Assembly (NCBI GenBank): GCA_947586055.1
Contig: CANPXL010000012.1
Span: forward strand, 774-64,773
Length of the DNA: 64,000 nucleotides
Source: an uncultured Acetatifactor sp.
Lineage (GTDB): Bacteria; Bacillota; Clostridia; Lachnospirales; Lachnospiraceae
Reading direction: 5' to 3'
The notes under the pieces: generated by a model
What the model saw: the letters and a program-made list of their open reading frames with translations, nothing else
The model's database searches: none
Told to the model about the DNA's origin: nothing
Program-made: the position numbers and the translations under genes
Shown: piece by piece, positions 57,271 through 64,000 of the stretch
Layout: each line of letters opens with the position of its first letter
Position numbering within the stretch: the stretch's first letter is position 1

Positions 57271-57408
57271 TTTCACAGCCTCCTTACTCGCTTGTTTCAT
57301 GTCGAAAATCTCCCGACTTCACCAAGTATACCATAAAATAACCGTTTGTAAAAGGTTTTTTTCAAAAACAGTGCCGAAACCGTGCTTTTTCTTCATTTTC
57401 CCGTGTTT

Positions 57409-57801
57409 TTAACTGAGCATGCCCCCCAGCATTCCGCCCCCCGCGCAAAGCACCAGCGTTGTAAAGAAGGAATTCCCGAACGTAAGCCCGCCCTCTCCCA
57501 TGGCAAGGGAGGCGGCGGCCAGCACGACGAAATAGGCGATTCCCATCACAAGCCCCCAGAAGAACTTTCTGGTCTTTTGTTTTTTCCCCGCCATAAATCC
57601 GCCAAAGAAGGCGGCCGCCACATAAATGACGATAATGGCGGCGGCGACCGCCTTTTCCCCCAGCCCCAGCCTGTAGAGAAGGAAGGCCAGCAGCGCCAGC
57701 AGCGCGCCCGTAACTATGTAAGAAAACAGAAGGGTCTTGAGCAGAAAGAAAACGGGAAATTCTCCCTGGTTCGTTTTTTTCTCCATCGCGTTTCTCTCCA
57801 A
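57409..57801 (-). CDS. TIGR04086 family membrane protein
   Basis: Four TMs, GGMLGGMLS terminus, typical position upstream of scfA; alternative start ATG 57786. Confidence 0.85.
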   Translation of the reverse strand: MERNAMEKKTNQGEFPVFFLLKTLLFSYIVTGALLALLAFLLYRLGLGEKAVAAAIIVIYVAAAFFGGFMAGKKQKTRKFFWGLVMGIAYFVVLAAASLAMGEGGLTFGNSFFTTLVLCAGGGMLGGMLS

Positions 57802-57844
57802 CCATTAACTTTTTATAAAATTATATGCACAAGCCCCCGAAAAC

Positions 57845-57874
57845 TTGACAATTCCCTTTCGGCTATAGTATATT
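57845..57874 (+). promoter_or_regulatory. sigma-A promoter of hlyC/corC gene
   Basis: TTGACA-18 bp-TATATT; AGGAGTG RBS at 57891. Confidence 0.6.
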
Positions 57875-57903
57875 TACTTATCATACCAAAAGGAGTGAAC
57901 TGT

Positions 57904-59229
57904 TTGGATACCCCCGGTGTCATACAACTGATTGTTCTGATCGTACTGTTGCTTTTGTCCGCCTTTTTTTCCTCCGCCGAAACTGCCCTGAGCACGGTAA
58001 ACCGCGTCCGCATGCGCTCTCTGGAAGAAGAGGGCAGCCGGCGCGCCGCAAGAGTAAACAAGATACTGGAAAACTACAGCAAAATGCTCAGCACGATCCT
58101 GATCGGCAACAATATCGTAAATCTGTCCGCTTCCGCGCTGGCCACGACCCTTGCCATGCGCGTGGGTCTCGCCGTGGGAATCGCCACCGGCATTCTCACC
58201 GTCGCCGTCCTGCTCTTCGGCGAAATCACCCCGAAAACCTGGGCAATGATCAATTCCGATAAGATATCGCTGGCCTACAGCGGCATCATCTATCGTCTCA
58301 TGCAGCTCCTTACCCCCCTGATCTTTCTGGTGGACAAGCTGGCGGGCGGCGTTCTGCGCCTGCTGCATATCGACCCCAACAGGCGAAACGATACCATGAC
58401 GGAATCCGAACTGCGCACTTATGTGGATGTAAGCCATGAGGACGGCGTCATCGAGTCCGAAGAGCGGGAAATGATCTACAATGTGTTCGATTTTTCCGAC
58501 GCGCTGGCCAAGGATATCATGATCCCCAGGATCAACATGGTGACGGTGAGCATCGACGCTTCCTACGACATGGTGATGAGCGTCTTCCGGGAATCCATGT
58601 ACACAAGGCTTCCCGTTTACCGGGAGGAAAAGGACAATATTGTGGGATTAATCAACATCAAGGATTTTATCCTGACGGAGAACCGGGACAGCTTTCAGGT
58701 CGGCAACATTCTTCGCGACGCTCATTATACCTACGAGTTCAAAAAGGTGGCGGATCTGTTGTATGAGATGCGGGAGAACACAAAGACCATTACTTTCGTG
58801 CTGAACGAATATGGCGCCACGGTGGGAATGATCACGCTGGAGGATCTGTTGGAGGAAATCGTCGGAGAAATCCGGGACGAGTACGACGCCGACGAGGAAG
58901 AACTGATCCAGGAGGCCGGAGAGCGAACCTGGCTGGTCGAGGGCAGCATGAAGCTTGACGATATCAACGACGCGCTGGGCACGTCTCTGGACAGCGAGGA
59001 TTACGACTCCATCGGCGGAATCGTCATCGAAAGCCTGAACCGGCTGCCGGAGGACGGGGAGGAAGTGGTCCTTCAGAACGGCATCCGCCTGAAGGTTCAG
59101 GGCGTGGAACAGAACCGGGTCAAAAAAGTGCTGATGACGCTGCCGGAGCCGTCCTGCGATGCGCCGGAAGAGACGCAGACGACCCAGGACCCCCAGACTT
59201 CACAGGATGCGGAGGCCGAAACCCTCTGA
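57904..59229 (+). CDS. HlyC/CorC (CNNM-CBS-CorC) transporter family protein
   Basis: FFSSAETA, LIGNNIVN, FGEITPK, CBS pair (DIMIPR, YTRLPVY), ITLEDLLEEIVGEIRDEYD; true start TTG 57904, not 57382. Confidence 0.93.
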   Translation: MDTPGVIQLIVLIVLLLLSAFFSSAETALSTVNRVRMRSLEEEGSRRAARVNKILENYSKMLSTILIGNNIVNLSASALATTLAMRVGLAVGIATGILTVAVLLFGEITPKTWAMINSDKISLAYSGIIYRLMQLLTPLIFLVDKLAGGVLRLLHIDPNRRNDTMTESELRTYVDVSHEDGVIESEEREMIYNVFDFSDALAKDIMIPRINMVTVSIDASYDMVMSVFRESMYTRLPVYREEKDNIVGLINIKDFILTENRDSFQVGNILRDAHYTYEFKKVADLLYEMRENTKTITFVLNEYGATVGMITLEDLLEEIVGEIRDEYDADEEELIQEAGERTWLVEGSMKLDDINDALGTSLDSEDYDSIGGIVIESLNRLPEDGEEVVLQNGIRLKVQGVEQNRVKKVLMTLPEPSCDAPEETQTTQDPQTSQDAEAETL

Positions 59230-59344
59230 TCTCCGATCCTGTGCCTGCGCACCGGCCCCGGGGTACCCGGGTTATGCGCTTCCGCCGCACAGCGGGTTTG
59301 GAGCAGCGGCAAACTCTGAATTTGTTAAATCAGTTTAAACGCCT

Positions 59345-59641
59345 TTATTGCGAAATCTTAAAATGCAAAGTCATCCGTCTTGATTTCACACGGTAGCCAA
59401 CAGAAATAATAACATCCAGATTATAAAATTCTACCTGATAGGTTTTTCCGTCAGCAGCAGTTGTTGCAAATTTTGCAACAACTGAATCCCTTGTCAATTC
59501 ACTCTCTAAAAAAATATTCTTTATATGCCTTGAAATGGTAGATTTGTCCCTCTGAAACAATTCAGCCATCTGGTCAATAGATAACCAGACGGTATCACCG
59601 TCAAATGTTGTTTCTATTCGGGTTAAGCCGTCTTTCTTCAT
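59345..59641 (-). pseudogene. RhuM-family (virulence RhuM) N-terminal fragment
   Basis: VWLSIDQMAELFQRDKSTISRHIKNIF...YNLDVIISVGYRVKS, then homology stops (~59375) and a stop follows. Confidence 0.85.
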
Positions 59642-59646
59642 TTGAC

Positions 59647-59775
59647 TTAAAAGAATAGAAAGACTGCGACAAGAGATATTGCGTTTCCGAGAATGTGCGA
59701 AAGGGCGCTGATAACGCAATTGCCCGATTTATGATAAATCACCGAGAAAATCAGGCTGTCGATGAATACACAGCA
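59647..59775 (-). pseudogene. possible CPBP/Abi intramembrane protease C-terminal fragment
   Basis: FSVIYHKSGNCVISALSHILGN resembles the CPBP HxxxN motif; no upstream part present. Confidence 0.4.
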
Positions 59776-59809
59776 AAAAATAGAGCGCATAGATTTTTCT
59801 ATACGCTCT
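59775..59809 (-). terminator. intrinsic terminator
   Basis: 12-bp stem (one G-U on the minus strand), 4-nt loop, T6 tract. Confidence 0.7.
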
Positions 59810-59965
59810 GATGCTGTGTTATTATTTTGTTGTAAATTTTTCAACTATTTCTTTCATGTTTTCTACCAAATTATATACAATATACAGCGAAATTCAAACA
59901 ATCCCATTCAAAAAGGTTCTATAACCAGTTTGTATTATTCACTGCCTAAATGAAACAGCGGCACC

Positions 59966-60139
59966 TTAATTATTACGGGTCATCTTGTACATACCTGAAA
60001 CAAGTGAAAAGCAACCTAATAAGCCGATTACAAGTCTCCATTTTACACTGTGGACTTCTACTATTATTGATGGACAAAATACAGCAAGCAGAATAATAAT
60101 CAATCCTACGATTACCAATGTAAAATTAGCTATTTTCAT
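59966..60139 (-). CDS. 57-aa two-TM small membrane protein
   Basis: MKIANFTLVIVGLIIILLAVFCPSIIVEVHSVKWRLVIGLLGCFSLVSGMYKMTRNN; AAGGAGGTG RBS; TG-extended TACAAT near 60190. Confidence 0.8.
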   Translation of the reverse strand: MKIANFTLVIVGLIIILLAVFCPSIIVEVHSVKWRLVIGLLGCFSLVSGMYKMTRNN

Positions 60140-60471
60140 TATGGCACCTCCTTGTAAATACCAATTTATTTAATTGTTCAACGCTGATATTGTACCACAA
60201 CCACACACATAATTCCATTAAATTTTGCCTAATCTCCCTTTACCTTATTCTTTGCAATCATCATCTACCGAAGTGATGTTCCATCACTTTGCCTGTATCC
60301 CTCTGCTCTGTGCTGACTACCCTCGGCTTGCGGTAGCTGACGTGTGATTTCGGAAAGGAATAGGTCATAGATACCTCGTCCTGCCCTATCAATTTCATAC
60401 GGTAATTAACACATGAAAAAAGCTACAACATCCCTGTCTTAGCTTTTCATTGGTGAAGCCCCTTTTCTCCG

Positions 60472-62131
<1,660 letters not shown>

Positions 62132-62152
62132 TTTTTCTCCTTTTCCGGCCAT

Positions 62153-62460
62153 AAAAAAATGCCCGCCCTTATAAAACTATAAGGACGAGCCGTCATCTCG
62201 TGATACCACCTCATTTCGCAGACAACTCACGCTGCCTGTCTCTTCAAGTACAGCAGGATCTTCCATGTCATACACGAAAAAGACATGTATCCGCGATACT
62301 CCAGCACTCGATAACGGGGTGCATATCCGTCACAGCCTACTTTGTCTCCATTTCGGTGCGTAGCTCCAAGATGTATTCACAGCCATTCGTCATGCGCCTC
62401 TCATCACCCGGCAGCTTTCTGTTTGCATTCCTGACTGCTACTCTTTCTTTTCATAGCCTT
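62153..62460 (-). ncRNA. T-box riboswitch, Tyr specifier
   Basis: AGTA box, GGTGATGAGA loop, specifier UAC at 62373-62375, T-box AATGAGGTGGTATCACG at 62199-62215, terminator 62153-62190. Confidence 0.93.
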
Positions 62461-62482
62461 TACTAATATAATTGTTGAAATA

Positions 62483-62512
62483 TTTATAGCACATTCATAC
62501 CGGCATTGTCAA
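62483..62512 (-). promoter_or_regulatory. sigma-A promoter of T-box/tyrS
   Basis: TTGACA-18 bp-TATAAA with TG extension. Confidence 0.8.
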
Positions 62513-62548
62513 TCCTTGTTTGTAAATTGCTCCTAAAATGGGTAAAAC

Positions 62549-62581
62549 AACAGCGTCCAAATTTTACGCTCGGACGCTGTT
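62549..62581 (-). terminator. probable terminator after ABC-F gene
   Basis: AACAGCGTCC / GGACGCTGTT 10-bp stem, 13-nt loop. Confidence 0.55.
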
Positions 62582-62684
62582 ATTTATGTCCTGTCATATC
62601 CCACCCAAATGGGAAGAAATCTACCTCTGCCCAAATATTATGAGCAAAGGCCGCCGCAAAGCGACAGAAAACGCATCAGCGGCA

Positions 62685-64000
62685 CTACGATAAATCCACC
62701 ACCCTGGTAGCGATCCTTTCCCGAAACCGCACGTCATGATCCACCACCAGCATGGTGGGCTGGTACTCAAGGATCAGCTTTTCGATCTGCATTCTGGAAA
62801 AAACATCAATATAGTTAAGGGGCTCATCCCAAATATAAAGATGGGCCGGGGTAAGAAGGCTGGCGGCGATCAGCACCTTTTTCTTTTGGCCCTCGGAGTA
62901 ATCCTCCATATTCTTGGAAAACTGCGTCCGTTCCAGGTCCAGCTGCCGCAGCACCGCACAAAAAAGGCTTTCTTCCAGGCTGTTTTGCTCGCAGTATTCC
63001 CGGATGCTTCCCTGCAGAAAGGAAGTATCCTGATTGACGTAAGATACCGCCAGGTTGGGTGCCACCCACAGAGAACCCTGCTCCCGCAAGGTTTCCACGA
63101 TACGGGGGCTTTGCTCCTGAGAGTCCTCGCCCTTCTGGTGCCGCAGGATTGCCTTGATCAGGCTGCTCTTGCCGCATCCGTTGGGCCCATGCAGAAATAC
63201 CCGTTCGCCTTGCCAAAGTTCCAAGTTCAGGTGCTCCAGAACCTGCCTGCGCCACCTTTCCGTCCTTTGGCCGTGGCCTTCGCCGCAAAGGGAATCCAGC
63301 CTTCTCTCATAATACAGGCCGAAATCGGACGCCCGCACCAGCACCTCTTTGTAATGCCGCAGCGGCATGATTTTCAGATCCTTTGGCTCCTCAATATCCG
63401 CCAGCAGCCCCTCCCTGGCCTGAATCTCTTTTTCCATGCGCTGTTCATACTGCTTCACCCGGCTCTGCATCTTCTTGGTTTTGGCGCCGATATAAGCCCT
63501 GGTATCTTTACTGCGGTCGTGTTCCTTGATGGGATCAAAGCCGATCTTGGCGGCTTCATTGTGGGCCGCCCAATTCCGGCTTCGCTCCGCCGCCTTTTTC
63601 AACTGCCCGATCTCCCGCAGATGTTTTTCATTTTCCATTCTGGAGAAAGCGTCCTTCCGGTTCTTGTTTTCCCACCAGCTGCTGAAATTCCCGCTTTGCA
63701 CTTCGATGGAACAGCGGTTCAGCACCAGCACGTGATCCACACAGGCATCCAGCAGATCCCTGTCATGAGAGACCAGAATGAACCCTTTTTTCCCGGAAAG
63801 ATATCTCTTGACCAGCTCCCGGGATTCCTGATCCAGGTGATTGGTGGGCTCGTCGATGAGCAGAAAATCATTTTCTCCGGAAAACAAAACTGCCAGCATC
63901 ACCTTGGTCCGCTCCCCATGGCTCAAGGTCTCATAAGGGCGATACAGCGTCTCGGCCGAAATCTGCAGTTCCTCCAGCTCCCGCAAAACTCTCCACAGCT
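62685..64000 (-). CDS. Lsa-like ribosomal-protection ABC-F protein, 5' end beyond window
   Basis: LYRPYETLSHGERTK, LLIDEPTNHLD, LVSHDR, second NBD GPNGCGKSS, YSEGQKKKV, YIWDEPLNYID; no TM segments. Confidence 0.85.
   Translation of the reverse strand, partial: LWRVLRELEELQISAETLYRPYETLSHGERTKVMLAVLFSGENDFLLIDEPTNHLDQESRELVKRYLSGKKGFILVSHDRDLLDACVDHVLVLNRCSIEVQSGNFSSWWENKNRKDAFSRMENEKHLREIGQLKKAAERSRNWAAHNEAAKIGFDPIKEHDRSKDTRAYIGAKTKKMQSRVKQYEQRMEKEIQAREGLLADIEEPKDLKIMPLRHYKEVLVRASDFGLYYERRLDSLCGEGHGQRTERWRRQVLEHLNLELWQGERVFLHGPNGCGKSSLIKAILRHQKGEDSQEQSPRIVETLREQGSLWVAPNLAVSYVNQDTSFLQGSIREYCEQNSLEESLFCAVLRQLDLERTQFSKNMEDYSEGQKKKVLIAASLLTPAHLYIWDEPLNYIDVFSRMQIEKLILEYQPTMLVVDHDVRFRERIATRVVDLS

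Noticed and set aside
57382-57903. 174-aa N-terminal extension of the HlyC/CorC ORF
   Set aside because: It overlaps the TIGR04086 gene on the opposite strand and the promoter; RBS and homology begin at TTG 57904.
59240-59320. GC-rich palindromic stretch after hlyC/corC
   Set aside because: Short nested palindromes with no clear stem plus U tract and no match to the repeat family; cannot assign.
59762-60173. Plus-strand ORFs 59762-59953 and 59985-60173
   Set aside because: No RBS; the second is antisense to the better-supported 57-aa minus-strand gene.

Overview
A GC-rich Firmicute chromosomal segment, most likely Lachnospiraceae (inferred from gene content and synteny), coded almost entirely on the minus strand. 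Most of it is core genome: rlmD (partial), pcrA, the dcw/sporulation cluster (mraZ-rsmH-ftsL-two class B PBPs-mraY-murD-ftsW/spoVE-murA-divIB-ftsZ-spoIIGA-sigE), murE-priA-def-fmt-yugP-like-rsmB-rlmN-stp-pknB-rsgA-ychF-lgt, pfkB, recJ, secDF and the SCIFF ranthipeptide locus. I see no rRNA, tRNA or CRISPR array. The less ordinary elements are: (i) a dispersed palindromic repeat family sharing the core CAGTTCAGC at three intergenic sites; (ii) rsmB split by an apparent microhomology deletion; (iii) a candidate ~110-nt sRNA with a C-rich stretch upstream of murE; (iv) a pentamer-based microsatellite between fmt and the yugP-like gene; (v) an ~8.5-kb block between secDF and recJ of zinc-ribbon membrane proteins, a YD-repeat protein and an ABC transporter; (vi) a bactofilin paired with an M23 protein lacking its zinc ligands; (vii) an AT-rich decayed mobile region at ~59.3-60.9 kb with a large serine recombinase collapsed into three fragments, RhuM and CPBP remnants and an intact 57-aa membrane ORF missing from the ORF track, next to a T-box-controlled type-2 tyrS and a partial Lsa-like ABC-F. 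All family assignments come from motif recognition by eye; no database search or GC calculation was run. Several starts were moved from the ORF-track start to a better ATG/TTG with a ribosome-binding site.
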